64,000 nt of DNA from NCBI GenBank assembly GCA_951406725.2, contig OX597825.1, forward strand, positions 48,980,001 to 49,044,000, written 5' to 3'. The notes beneath the pieces were generated by a model, which searched no databases, was not told where the DNA came from, and was given only the letters and a program-made list of their open reading frames with translations. This document shows positions 38,344 to 52,236 of this stretch, piece by piece. This stretch comes from Octopus vulgaris. Its lineage: Eukaryota. Every line of letters starts with the position of its first letter. The stretch's first letter is position 1. The translations under genes and the position numbers were made by a program.

Positions 38344-38819
38344 TAATGGAGTCGTCGTTAAATACAGTAGAGATGTCATTCTCTTGATTGGTTTGAACCC
38401 ACTATTGCTTTTGTGAATTTGATATGTTCCTATATTCGGTCATGCTGTATTTTCTAATCTGTGTTCTTTTACTTTATCAGATACGATATGTTCTCGAGCT
38501 AAACTAGGATCAACATAATCAGCAATTTATATCTACCAATCCACCAAAAAATCATGAGCATTGATGAGAATTATTTGTTAATGGAATAGTGAAAGAGAGA
38601 GGTGAGGAAAACGCGATAGATAGACAGTGAAATGTGTGGAAGAGTGGGAGAGAGAGAAAGAGAGAGTCAGACGGATAGAAATAGAGAGAAAGAAAAAGAG
38701 AGATATAGAGAGAGCGAAAGACAAAAGGACCGAAGAAAGTGATGGAAGTTGCAGTGTAAAGGGAAAATTTTAAAAGATGTAAGGCTAGAAGTATAGGCTA
38801 GAGCAAAGATGTGTTCATG

Positions 38820-39570
38820 GTAACAAAGTGGATATAGAGTAAATATACCAAACCTTTAGCACAAACCTTTTAAAGTCATCACTGGATGTCGATTCTATAA
38901 CCACCACGAATGCTGGACGAAATACCACATCTTCTGATCATTGAAACTGAAAATGCCCTGAAATCGATAGAAACCGACAAGACTTCCAGGAAAAATGGTA
39001 TCACAACAAGATCCGGAGGTGAGGAGCTGTGGAAATCTCTAGTTCTACGCTTCAGTAGATAAAATATCCTGACTGTTGAATGAGTGAAATGTCATCGTGC
39101 TTCATGGGAAGGGTGATAAAGTAGTTTTAAAAAAACCTAAGGTTCCATATGCCTTTCGTTTCAAATCTATAAGTTGTTTGTAAAAGTAATAATCACTGGA
39201 CTATCAAAACAACTTGGCGAGAGAGCAAGCTTGTTACCATACGAATTATAGTACAATGGATCACGTATTCACTTTAACACAACTCATAGGACGAGCGAAC
39301 GAATACAAGTTTCCTTTGTGTATCGCTTTTGTTTAGGAAACGACATTCGATAGTGTCGAAGTGAACGCAGAGCTGAAATCTCTAGAAAAGCAAGGTGCCA
39401 AGGTGCTCTACATCAAACAGCTGAAAGATGCCAACTCTGGATGCTCAACAGCAATAGCACTGCGCTCACCACCAGTAAGGGTCCTAGATGAGAAGGGTGT
39501 CAAACAAGGAGTTACTATCTCTCCAAAGCTCATGACCACATGTCTAAAAATTGTTATAATAGATATCGAA
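38820..39570 (+). mobile_element. RTE-type LINE RT fragment
   Basis: STMDHVFTLTQLIGRANEYKFPLCIAFV*ETTFDSVE, KGVKQGVTISPKL. Confidence 0.85.
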
Positions 39571-39717
39571 AGCATGCAAACACATACACAAAAAAGCCCC
39601 ACAAGGACACATATATGTAGATATACACAGATATGTAGATATACACATATGAACACGTGCACATACACTAATGCATAAAAACGTGCACACATGTATATAC
39701 ATGTATAAAAATGTATA

Positions 39718-40800
39718 CAGGGTGCATTCCATAAGTGTCGAGGCTTTCAGGAGTGACATTTATTAATATCAAAAACATTCAAAGCTCTAATCTTTAAAGT
39801 ATGACCCCTTGACACTCCAGCGACTTCTTGAAAGTCCCATAGAAGTTCATGAAAGTGAAGGCGTCCATGACCCTTGCCACAGCTCTTTCAGCTTCTCTAG
39901 TAATTTGAGAGTAACCGAACTTTCCAGGGTCCAAGGTCTGGACTGTAAGGAGGGTAAGCAACAGTTTTGGTGCCCAACTCTGTCAAGTAGTTGGTTGCCA
40001 GAATAGAATAGTGGGCTTGTGCATTGTCTTGATGCCGGTGCCACCCACCTGAATGGAAGAACACAGGCTTTTGCAGTGAAATCTCATCCTGAAATCTGTC
40101 AGAGCTTCCGTTAAGAAGACTTTGTTGACCCATTAGTCAGACAGAAAACTGTGGATGTAGATGATGCAATTACTGTCAGAAAACGGGATCATCATATGCT
40201 CCCTACTGGGCTTGATTTTCCTGGCTTTCTTTGGTCTGGAGAAGCCAGGATGTTTTCATTGAGAACACTGTGTCTTAATCTCTGGATCGTGACATTAGAT
40301 TTAACCTTCGTCGGATGTTACTAGAAACTCAAGGACTCTATATTTGTAGGTAATGAGATCAACCATTTACCCGCTGACACCGCGCCTTTCCCTGTGTTCG
40401 TCATTGAACACCCTCGGAACAAATTTAGTATGAATCTTGCACATGTTGAAATCTTCATCAATAATTCTGTGTAAAGTTACCACACGAACTCTAACCTGCA
40501 TAATAATTATCTTTATAGATACACGATAATCTTTACACGGAAAATTGTGAATTTTCTCTACCAACAGAGTTTCTCACGATCTTCTCCTTCCAGCATCTCT
40601 CATCGTATCTCATTTCCTCTCTACCCATTTTGAACCACTTGTGCCAGTGAAAATAGAAGCTAGGCTCATGCAAGTTGATGTGTAAGCTGTCTTAAGCATT
40701 TCAGTCGTTTCTGCAGCTCTTTCGCCCAGTTTAACACAAAAGCTTATTGTAGAGCGAACTTCCAAATTGTTTTTACGTCCTGACTGTATTCTGTGACGCT
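39718..40800 (-). mobile_element. Decayed mariner element, one TIR recognised
   Basis: TA|CAGGGTGCATTCCATAAG end; FCVKLGERAAETTEML, KFVPRVF, HQDNAQAH, YPPYSPDLGP. Confidence 0.85.
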
Positions 40801-43800
40801 TTCAAAGTTAAAAACTAGAACATCTTATAAGATTGCATACGCCAAAATGGGGAAGCTACGTTTGGTTTGAAGACAACAATAAAGGAATGAATCAGCAAAG
40901 GGGCTCGGATGTCATACGAGTAAAAGCCAAGATCAGTTTTTAAAGGAATTCTCTGTCTAAAACTCAGACACCTATTTCAAACGAAACTCAGAGAAATACA
41001 GAAAAGGTAGTGACAGCTGAAAACAACAGAGCTTCAGAACCATGCTAAAGCTTTTATTCTGAAGAACTTAAATAAATACTTGTCTCAGACAGGACCAACA
41101 CCCTGATACATCCACAACTTATCCTTGAATATTGACAGGGACAATTTTTGTCACTGTTGAATAGGAATTCTGCAAGATCTGAAGATCTCTTGAGAAATGT
41201 CCCACATTATTCCCAATAAGTATGTATGAATGGACAACCATATTTTTGAAAGTTTGAAAATATAATCAACATCGGGGAACTCGGATATTAAGTGGTTTGT
41301 TAAAGTACAAATTCAGTTCTTGGGACAGTTTTCCCCTACCTATTCCTTTTCTTTCTTTTAGTCTAGAAAAAATCAGATGAAGTAGGATCTAGAAATGGAC
41401 AACCTCCGCCAAGTTTAGGTGCCCAAAGTCCATCGTATATCTCGATTGCATCCCTAAGAATTTGCTATAAGGAGATGATAGCCCATGATAAACAAACCGA
41501 AATATATCCTATTCAAAAATAACTTTTGATAAGTTAACAGTTTCGTCGCACACTGCGACCTTGTATTATGTATCTATTTTTGTTAGTATGCGTTTACGTA
41601 ATCATTTACTAGGAACTGAAATTGCTCTTTTCTTGCTATAGTTACATGGTTGATGATTCTTCTACTACATGAATTACCTATTATACTTCTCTTTCCTTTG
41701 TTCGCATCAATAAAGATTCATATTCATATACACACATCACCACACACATTTCTGAGTCAAGACTGATAGAATGTTTACTTTATTATTTTGCCTGGAATAC
41801 GTTCCTTACCATTTAGTAATCACCAATTTGCAATCAACGGCTTTTAAAAAGGAATTGATTCGGCCTTTTTTCAGAAAAGAAGAAATGTCACTTTATACTA
41901 GTAGAATTAGTGATCTTCTCAATTATCGGTGATATTCCCGATCTATTTCATTATAACTAATTTTCTTAAATGATTAAAAGAGAAGGTGGCTAAAATTACA
42001 TGATTGTATTGGTAAAAGATTTGCCATAAAACGTTAGCCATTACGAAATTCTATCATTTGCAGCGTTTTCTTAATTAGTTATAATATCAGCCATCAAACT
42101 GAATTAAGCTAAAATTGTATAATAATATAAAATGTATTAACGAAGATTTATCATTGAATTATTAAATCTGACAATTATATCAGCACTTATCAAATGAAAA
42201 TGAAATAAATTCGGAAGTTTTCTTCCATTCATTCCCGGCATGTATTTGATATTTGTGTTTATTTAAGGACATCTGTCATCGTTTAAAGCGTTAACATCAT
42301 TTTCGTTGATGCTGTAATGAAAATTGATTAAGATGACGGCCAACCTATAAATGATATACTCGTCGATGATATCTTTGGGATTAATTATAATTATATTTGG
42401 TTTTCTTTAGGATAACGAAGCATGATTAATATAAAAATTTGTACCATTAATTATCGATCGTTTAGATGTGATAAAATGTAGTACAAACATTCTAGTAGCC
42501 TACACAAGTGATCTCCAATAATCATATGATATTAAGAAGTCCTACTTTTAAAAAGCTGATGCCACCAACTTGTCATTATGTCATATAATTTTAGCCATAA
42601 AAGTATTTCTTATTTAGAAATAAGTTTTGACTACGAGTTCAGACTGACAGTTTAGAAATCAACTTTAAAACAAGATGGCTCTTGAGTTTGTCGTCAAAAT
42701 CTCATCGTTAATTCAACAGGAAGTTCATTTTGTATCAGACAAAGCGTTCTGTATCAAGGAATCATTATTTAAAAAGAAAAATTATAAGTGATCTGAAGAG
42801 AATGAAATTTAAAGGGTTATATTTTAAATTTACGTCCTGACGTTTGTTGGATGACTTACGAAATGCATTATATTCAATGAATTAATCGTGTAGTTGCGAG
42901 TAATTTTAATGCTTATTTAATTTTATATCTGTCTAGATCAGATTATCTCCAGCTAGAATGTTGACCCTGATAATAAGAACGAAATTATACACTAGAAATA
43001 ACAACTAATACTTTAAATATATTGAAAAAGAATACTAAATATAAGGAAGGAGGGTGGAAAAGAATGTGAGAGATAAATAAACTGAGATGAAGGACAGGGA
43101 GAGAGAGGGGTGGAGAGAAAGAGAGAGTGAGAAAGATAGAGAATCAAGCAGTAAATTTACAGTGTTATGAGTTTAGAGTAACAACAGAAAATGATCATTT
43201 CTGTCAAACGTAACTAGATACCGTCTATTCGAAACAGTAGTAGGTGGGTCTGATTTATGCAAGTACTCAAAATGTAATGCTCAGAAAGCCACCACCTTGG
43301 GTTCCTCCGTCGAGAGCGCTCCATCGAGGTCTAAGACACCAGAACATCGAGTGGGTGTCCCTCCTTCAAGCAAAGTGATTCCTTTGTAAGCAGTACATGA
43401 ATCAGAATTGTGAAGCCAACTTACGACCTTCCGACAAATTCCTAGAACCTGCTTTTCTTTATTAGATCAGTGTACTCTGCCTATCCCACCCCATATTTCA
43501 GATCCGGAAACAAATCACCAAAGGATCCACCCAATCTCACCCTGCATTCCACTAATAGGAGTTTCTCTTTGGAAAGGAAACGTTTCATGGCCTTTTTTGA
43601 AAAGTAATTACACCCACTAGCAATCAACAGCTAGGTATCGCTGTGGGCACTTTCCCACAGGTTCAGTCGAGGGACGGGCCTATGTAGCACAGACCCATGC
43701 TGCCACGAATAAGTCTTGCTTACACCATTGTCTTTGATTCTCTTGACACTTGGCCTGAGCCGTCACAATTTCAACTCAGCCACAAAAGAAGCCTATGTTT

Positions 43801-44929
43801 AGTACCCATGATGCCAGCACTCTAAAGACCCTGCAATTCTGTAGGGTGTTTCATTGGTAATCTACAAGGACGTGACCGATCTCCTTTGCCATAAGACCAG
43901 TGCTGGAATACAAAGTACAGCGATGCAGGTCAGGACGTTTTCACCAGAAACCAGCAATGCGATATCTGTTGCTTTGGTGAAGTCCAGAAGCATCACTCCA
44001 CTTTCGCTTCAAGCGCAGCTCCCAAAAGAACGGAAAACGATCTCATATCCCGTTCTGTCAACCCCAGGCGATACAGTTTTTAATTAATTGACCATGTAAT
44101 CTATCCTTCCTGATATATTACCTACCACCACTACCACCACCACCACCACCACCAATCATCAACTTCCTTGGGAGTGTTCTCTCTATTTAGCATACAAAGC
44201 TCTTGTTAATGCAGTGCTACGGGTTGTTGGCAATAGCATAATTTTGTGTCGCCTTTCTGAGCTCTCAACTATGATATTATGGGGTCAAGGTTTCGTCTTG
44301 GTTTTAGCTCCCTTGCTCACTACATATATTTAACATGGTCATGATATTTACGATCATGTCATATTTATAACAAAAAATCTTTTGATTGCTCGGAAATTCT
44401 AATCACCCAAAAGTAAAGATATTTGTACCTAATAAAATTATGTAAAGGGTAACACTATGATTCCTGAATTCCTGGTAATAAAACAGTAAAGGCAGACAGA
44501 TAAGAAAGACATGTTTCTGTATCACTTGCATATTATACAGCATCATTTAAAAAAAATTTTTTCATCCCGAGAATTTTTGCGACCCCAGGTATTCAATATG
44601 AAATAAAACATACAAATAAATACATAAATCATTAGATTTTCTGTTGAACAATATACATATAAAAAATTAGTTATGTTATTTGTTAAATAATACATACACT
44701 GAAATTCAAGTGTTTTTATTTACTTTAATCCATAGTTTGAGAAGCGCTGTTATACAGCTACACTTTGCTTGCCATTAGGATGATGGAGATACATATACAT
44801 ACACTACAAGCAACACTACATATTATGCGGTCAATACAGTCAATACAGTAGGAAAAGATAAAGTAAACACTGCGTTTTACGGAATAGATGTTCGCAATAA
44901 AAATAAGAGAAATAAAATAATAACAATTG

Positions 44930-45135
44930 TTTCAAATATTTGGGACAAGGCCAGCAATTTTGTGAGGAAACGCTAGCTTATTACATCGACCCTAGTGCTG
45001 AACTGGTACCTATTTCATCGACCTCGAAAGAATGATAGGAAAGTTCGACCTCGGTGAATTTACACTCAGAACTTGAAGACGGACGATGCTGCTAAGCATT
45101 TTGCCCGGTGTGCTAACGATTCTGCCAGCTCCCCA
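44930..45135 (-). mobile_element. SINE family 3 (Meta-SINE-like central domain)
   Basis: Reverse complement matches 48012-48222 (GAGCTGGCAGAATCGTTAGCA...GAGGTCGA...GGTCGATGAAATAGGTACCAG). Confidence 0.8.
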
Positions 45136-45595
45136 CCGTACCATGCATTAAATAGTAAATGATACAAGACGTAAACACTTCAAAGTTTTGCCCCCATTAA
45201 TGATATGGCCGAACAAAGCTAGTTATCTTTCTTACTACTTCAAATGTAGAGAGATGTCTACTGCATACGATACTAGAAAGAATGGGAACCTATACCTGTC
45301 ACAAATGCGACACGAATCTACTATTTTGATAAGAAAATATTACACATTTACAAATAGGCCTAACTGATGTGTTTCGTTAGTCTAATACTACTATTTTCTT
45401 TCTCCCCCTATCTTTCTATTTTTCTGTCTGTCTGTCTGTCTCTCTCTTCTTTCCTCTCCTTCTCTGTCTGCTTTTCCCATTTGATACTTTGCTTCTACCT
45501 GTCCTTGCTTAAATTTCGGCTCTATAGCTCTGTCTTTCTTTCTCTTTATCTATCTGTCTGTCTATATGTCTGTATGTTTGTCTGTCCATCTATAT

Positions 45596-45600
45596 ATCTG

Positions 45601-45696
<96 letters not shown>

Positions 45697-45708
45697 GCTA
45701 TCTATCTA

Positions 45709-45752
<44 letters not shown>

Positions 45753-45765
45753 TCCATCTATCTAT
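45596..45765. repeat. (TATC)n/(TGTC)n compound microsatellite
   Basis: Direct tetranucleotide runs. Confidence 0.97.
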
Positions 45766-46939
45766 CCATTCACCTATCAGTGTATATATCAGCACACAGT
45801 CTAATCTGCCTATCGATCTACATGTTTAGTAAATGTATATCTATTTGTATGTTTTCTATTACATTGCAAAGGATATTTGTTGAATAAACTCAGAATTGTT
45901 TTCTTTCCGTATTCGTCTTTCGCGATGAATCTGATACAGGCACCAGCAGAAAACCAAAAAGGAATAACAATCCTAGACAAACGAGAAGAGGAATATAAGT
46001 CAGCGCTGATTGTATGTTCTTTGATGAATATACCATTATGGTGCCGTCGTTTGTTTAAGCAAAGCACGGAAAGTAATTATTTTCCACTTCAGGCATTGTT
46101 AGTCATCTCTTGTACTGACACAACAAAGTGTGCTTCAAAAAGATGTATTTCGAGATTGCATCAACCAGCTAATGTTATCCGGATTTTTAGAAAGCTAATG
46201 ACCGCAGGGTAAAAAATATCGATTATGTAGTCTCTTCATAATTTCAGAGTGTATGCACAGGTATTCATCTGCAAATGACAGAACTAACAGTTATTAAAGA
46301 GATAATATCTTACGTTCCAGAAAAATAGCAATAACGACCAGTGAGAGATAAGTTACAAACATGTAATAAACAGTAAATAATCTGTGAAAATGGAAGAGCC
46401 ATCACTTGTGTTCTTTGATTTACCTCTCCAAGTATCAAAGGCTATGATAGGGAATAAATAATACAGTAGAAAATGGGAAATAGCGTTTGTTAATAATATA
46501 ATTCGTTGGCGAAAGCGCGAAGCAATCGACTGGGCAGTGTTTCAACGTCAGCGTTATAGATACGAGTTCCTATCTCTGCAGAAGTAACATTATTTACGTG
46601 GTTATAACACTACGAATACATATGGCCCGAATATTTGGTAAAATCATATGTGAGAAGAAACAAAGAAATTTTGAGAATGTGACACTTGTATGAGGTAAAT
46701 TAATAATTCATTGTTAATCTAATCTCACAGAAAATTAGCTCTCTATTAGATCTGATTGGAAACATAGATTTGAAATAAGGTCTAAGAAGATATAGGGCAA
46801 GTTGCAAGTTACTGTTGATGATTTTGTCTTGAAGCACCATCTAACATTGTAAACATCATGTGGAATTGAGAAGAGTCACATATAGATGAGTAGGAGAAAT
46901 GATCTGGCCCGATGATGAATATTCTTTAATAATTTCACA

Positions 46940-47120
46940 TGGGCACGAAGTCAGGCATTTAGATCAGGAAATTATATCGACACTAGTATTTAAGTGGTAT
47001 CTTATTTTAACGACCCAGGAATATGAACGACAGGATCGCCCACTGCGGGACCTGACTCAGAGCTAAAAACATGTTAGTTAATACCATAATTTTTTTTGTC
47101 AGACGCTCTAACGATTATAA
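46940..47120 (-). mobile_element. SINE family 3, highly degenerate
   Basis: GGTATCTTATTTTAACGACCC...CTCTAACGATT aligns weakly to 44930-45135. Confidence 0.5.
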
Positions 47121-48011
47121 CCATCTACTAATTATTGATGGTAAGTTGAATAAAATAAGTTTTTACGTTCAGAGACCAAGTAGGCTATTAACATTAAACT
47201 TGAGACTATCAATTTAGGAACATATCTTTAAAAACCTTATGGTTTTTTTACCACCTCAGTTCAATATGGAGACATGAATGAACATCACATAAACACTCAA
47301 ATCAATACTAATAACATGGTCTCCGTTATTCTTAAAATGGCGAAACTTATTCAGACTTCTACAGACTTTATATACTTCGTATACTAACTATCTGTGATTT
47401 GAATACACCTTCAACATATAAAAATGTTTATTCTTTCTAAATCAAGGTAAATTGGCATTAGAAATTTTGATACAGATATAAAATTTTGATTTCTCTTTCT
47501 AATCACAAGCAACTTGCATGAGTCCGCACTTCTTCAATAAATATATTTAAATGCAATTAGTTTTATTGGAAATCTTAATCCATTAAACAAGATCATCGTA
47601 TTACTCTCAGCATATTCAATATTATGCGTTCACGAGAGACGTAAATATATTTTCCTCTAATTTGTGTTTCATTCCTATTCGAATTTTAATCTCCTCAGTA
47701 TATATCTCAGGTAACGAAATCCCTATTTGTCTCAAAAGCTGTTTCAACTTCTGATATCAGATAAAGGAATGAATTATTTGTTTGCGAAGCTTACGTTTGA
47801 CATGTTTTACCTATACAATAGTAAAAGAAATCTGAATTATCACTGATGTTATGTAAAGATGCGCTTTCTCGTTCCAGGTTCCTCACAAAATTGCCAAAGA
47901 AATATAAATGGAAGCTGCTCATTTATTAAGAGGCAATAAATTTCTTTCAATATTAAGTATATGTTTCACGCCTTGTGCCTATAAGAGAAAGTAATATCAA
48001 ATTTACATTTA

Positions 48012-48452
48012 GGCGACGAGCTGGTGGAATCGTTAGCATACGGGGCAAAACACATAGCGACATTTCGTCGGTCTCTACATTGTGGGTTCAAATGCTACCG
48101 GGGTCGACTTTACCTTTCATCCTTTCACGGTCGATAAGATAAATACCAGTTGAAAACTGGGTCGATCTAATCGTCTTACATCTCTCCCGAAATTGCTGCC
48201 TTTGAGCCAACATTTGAAGCTAATATTAAATATATGTTTTCAATGCTGACAGAATCGTTAGCAAGCTGGGCAAAATGCTTAGCGGCATTTCATCCATCTT
48301 TAATCCTAAGATCAAATTCCGCTGAGATTGACTTTGTTCTTATACCTCTTCAGGGACGATAAAATAAGTACCAGTTAATCACTGGGGTTGATGCAGCCGA
48401 CTAGCTCCCTTCCTCTATTTGTCTGGCATTGTGACAAAATTTGAAACCAATA
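48012..48452 (+). mobile_element. Two tandem SINE family 3 copies (48012-48222 and ~48245-48452)
   Basis: Each has GAATCGTTAGCA..GGGCAAAA, a B-box-like segment, GTCGACTTTACCTTTCATCCTTTC.CGGTCGATAA.ATAA.TACCAG-like central domain and TTTGAA.C.AAT end. Confidence 0.85.
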
Positions 48453-50845
48453 TTAAGTATGTTTAAATCAGAACTTCATTTATTCTCGCAACTGAAAATT
48501 AACCATTCTTTGGTATGGATATCTGTACATTGGGATGACTGTCTACACACATGGCAGCAAATATATGAAGGATTCTTTAGATACCATAAACGAGCAAGTC
48601 CATAGCTATTTTGTATCATACTCTGCTTTTTCCGAAACGTCATTGTGTCGAAGCGTTCACAGTTAGAGATCAAAACTACATTTTTTTACAGCGATATTAA
48701 ACTCAACAGAATTAGAATTCTTTTCTAGGAAATGAAGACTGAACGGTAAATATATATTTTACTCACTAATCTGACTATATCGAAAGTAAATGAAAAGGAG
48801 ATAATATCTCATTATATCTCATTACATCTTCTTACCTAGAAAATCAAGCAACACAGATACAACGCTCCCGCCATTTCTTTGTCATAACTACAAAATTATC
48901 TTTTGCATTACTCAATTTCAATTTACCAGAATAGTTCTCGTTTCTAAAGCTTTGCATCCAGTATTATGAAGTCACATAACTCTGTAGTTTTGAAAGATAT
49001 TAAATAACACTGTAGATTGGTAAATATTATATGACTGTGTATTATTGTTTGGCCAACCAGCTTTAGAGAAATTTGATTTCTCATATAATGAAACTTCTAT
49101 AGGATTTTGTTCAAAATGTGTCTATTCCATTACCAATATATGTATGTATATATATAACATTTGTCAGAGTTCCTTTTCTAGTGTTTATACAAAGTATATG
49201 AAACCCAGGCTCACCTAACAAATGCTTCCTTTGGCAAAAAAATCAGATAAATTAATCGCAGAACTAAAACGTTTATTATGAACTGAAAGTGTAGCATACA
49301 GAAATCACCATTATCTTGATGTGACAAATAAATACCTCTACATACAGTTGAAATTTGATAAAACGGTCAGTACTGTTTGTGTAACATATCTACTCTCTTA
49401 GGCATGCTAAAGTGATGTTAATACTATCTCGATTGTTTTATCAATTTAGAATTCTGCTTGCGAATTCTAAACTGCGATCTTGTTAAACAAACTAGTTATT
49501 GTCACTAGAGTTGGTATAATTTACTTTAGGACCGAAGTTTTGTAAACTGAAAGTTGGTTATGTACTCATTCTGAAACACAGAAATCTACATACAATCCTT
49601 CCACCCTACAACATCAGTCCACCGGAATTTCCTACTCAAAGTTTCTGCAGTCGTTGATGAAAAGCTATTCAATGCTTATTTAATATGTCGTTTCTTCTAA
49701 TCTCAGATTGGTGAAGCGGTTGACGAAACCATACCCACCTATACTACTAAGTATATCTGTCACGCTCCCTACACATAAAATTGAAGCCATAAACAGAAGA
49801 CTTCAGAAATATTGAACTTCAAACGAAGCTTATCTATGTAACATAATTTATGATAAAGTATATTCTTTTTTTAGTAATATCGTGATTGTATCCGTCGGGA
49901 GAAAGGTAAATGATAGAAATAGCAAACTCCTAGTCGAAGAACAGACAAAAACAGTATTTAAGATATGGTCATGCGTCTGATTAAATAATTTTTTCAGGAG
50001 GTCATCTAGATTTTGGTTTCGCTTATATTTGTCTAATCTGTATTATCTATTATATGGAACTTCAATATACCATTAGATGATAAAACCTACGTCGTTATTT
50101 TCACAAAATTACAGCCTGTAAAATTCTATATAAAAACATACGAAATTAATGACTGAAGTAATGTGAGAAGTATTGTATAATTAAGTATTGCGTTTTCTTT
50201 AGCGTAAGAAAAGGTATTTCATTTATGTTCTGTATTATAGGTTTTGTATTTGAGACTGAACGTCATAGTTGATGTAATTTCACTCTATTTTTCAGATGAA
50301 TAGCAGTTTCTTCGTTATCTGCAACAAATATACACTTAGAAAATAAAAGGACGCAATTGTTTCTGTTCTACTATATTATTTTCTTTACACTATTGAAATA
50401 TCTCAATAATTAGGCTATACGTGATAAAGTAGGAGTTGAGATTTCAAATAGATATAAAGCTGAAGTGTTAGGAATAGTGAGTATTTTTGGTTATTGTATA
50501 GTGTTTCAGCTGATATTGAATTGATGACTCAAATGGAATCGATATTCAAGCAAGAAAATGCATAACAGTTATTTTTTACCGAAGGCCGTTTCAACTCTAA
50601 TGCTATAAAATGTGATAGACATTAGTAGATGCATATATAAATAAAACTACATACATTTAGTATCATCATACCAAATGCAATAATACTTTCAAGTGCAAAT
50701 GAGACTTCTTGTATTGGTTGCAAAGATACTATTCATGTTAAGAGTTATTGATTGTGAAGATTGTGATAATCTGTTTCAAACAACAAAATTTTAGTCACGG
50801 ACGAAGCACAATATGTCCTAAAATGGAGAAACTGTAAACATCTAT

Positions 50846-51012
50846 AGGTGCAGGAGTGCTTTTGTGGTAAGAAGCTTGCTTCCCAACCATATCCTTCCGG
50901 ATTTAGTCCCGCTCTGTGGCATCTTAGACGAGTATGTTTTTTTACAGTAGCCTAGGGCCGACCAAAGCTGGTGACTGGATTTGGTAGACGGAAACTGAAA
51001 GAAGCTCGTCGT
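50846..51012 (+). mobile_element. SINE family 1, 5' half
   Basis: GGTGCAGGAGTGCTTTTGTGGTAAGAAGCTTG...GGATTTGGTAGACGGAAACTGAAAGAAGC. Confidence 0.85.
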
Positions 51013-51372
51013 TTATATACATCGTTGTTATTATGCAAAAGTGTCGTAAGTTCATAACGTTGCTTTTTCAGAAAACTAAAATATAGTTTCTGCTCAACAA
51101 TAATACTTTGTTGGGTGCATAAAATCGTAACTTCATGCATGTATGATATTTTCAGTCAGAAATATCTTTGCCAAACTGTTGTGTGTGGAACTTATTACAC
51201 TTTTGAAAAATGCTAACTCATTGTACTACACTTTGACAATTTTTATCTGAAGCAGCTGGAGATACGATAGTTTTCCCAAAAGAACCGGCTAGTGCAAGCA
51301 AAATTAAATACTGAAAGAAAAAAGACGCATTTGGCCAAAATTGGACATACGACCATTTAACATAATAGCAAC

Positions 51373-51447
<75 letters not shown>

Positions 51448-51497
51448 AAATAAATGAAAGAATGGAGTCAAACGACGATTTAACAAAATTCCTTTAT

Positions 51498-51578
51498 TCT
51501 CGACATATGTTTCGAAGACTGCATATTCTTAATTCCGAAGGAATAAAGGGTGCATTATGCTGCCTTCACATCAGGAAA
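51498..51578 (-). ncRNA. Type I hammerhead ribozyme, left-arm copy
   Basis: Reverse complement of 53761-53841 with one difference in stem II. Confidence 0.8.
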
Positions 51579-52236
51579 GACAAGGAACTTATGTCAGCAC
51601 CATGACGAACAAAAACGTTTAGATGACTGCCCACACGGTGTCCATAGTGATACTGAGTGTTTCTTTAAAATATTCCGTTATAAGCAGTGACGTCAAAATT
51701 GGTTGGATGGAGAAGATTCTAAAAAGTTCAAGAGTTCAAAAATGGTTGGAAGGGGAAAGTTCTAAGAATAGGAAGGTGACAGAGTGCAAGTCGTATGTAT
51801 GGGGATGCGTTGTTGTTTGCTTTTGCTAAAGAGATTGAGTGCCTATGTGTGTGTATGTATATAACTGTATTCGTGTCTATGTGTGTGTGTGTGTGTGTGC
51901 GTTATTGTGTTTGTGGGGAGATAAATGCCAAATGCATCTAGTGGTGAAGTGACAGGTTTGTGTCTGTGTGTTTGATTGTGCTTATGATACAGAGAGGGAG
52001 AGGGAGAGGGGGAGTAGTAGCCCTACATGTAACGGAGTATAAAAAATATATGCTTCTCAGGATAAGAAAACTAATAACAATAGAAATAGTGAGAATAATG
52101 ATTTCAGCTCTAACAACGTCGGCACCACTATACTTAAGAAAAATAATTTACGGACCAGGGGAGGCAATCGACAACCAACCCCAATTTTCCAGCACAGAAA
52201 TAAATATTCCCTTTAATGTAACTGAACAATTCTTAG

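Noticed and set aside
40810-41470. Possible very old PLE RT remnant (*VPKVHR resembling LPKVHK)
   Set aside because: A single short motif with no supporting neighbours.
43230-44090. GC-richer segment suggestive of a decayed mobile element
   Set aside because: No frame gave a convincing RT, transposase or recombinase motif.
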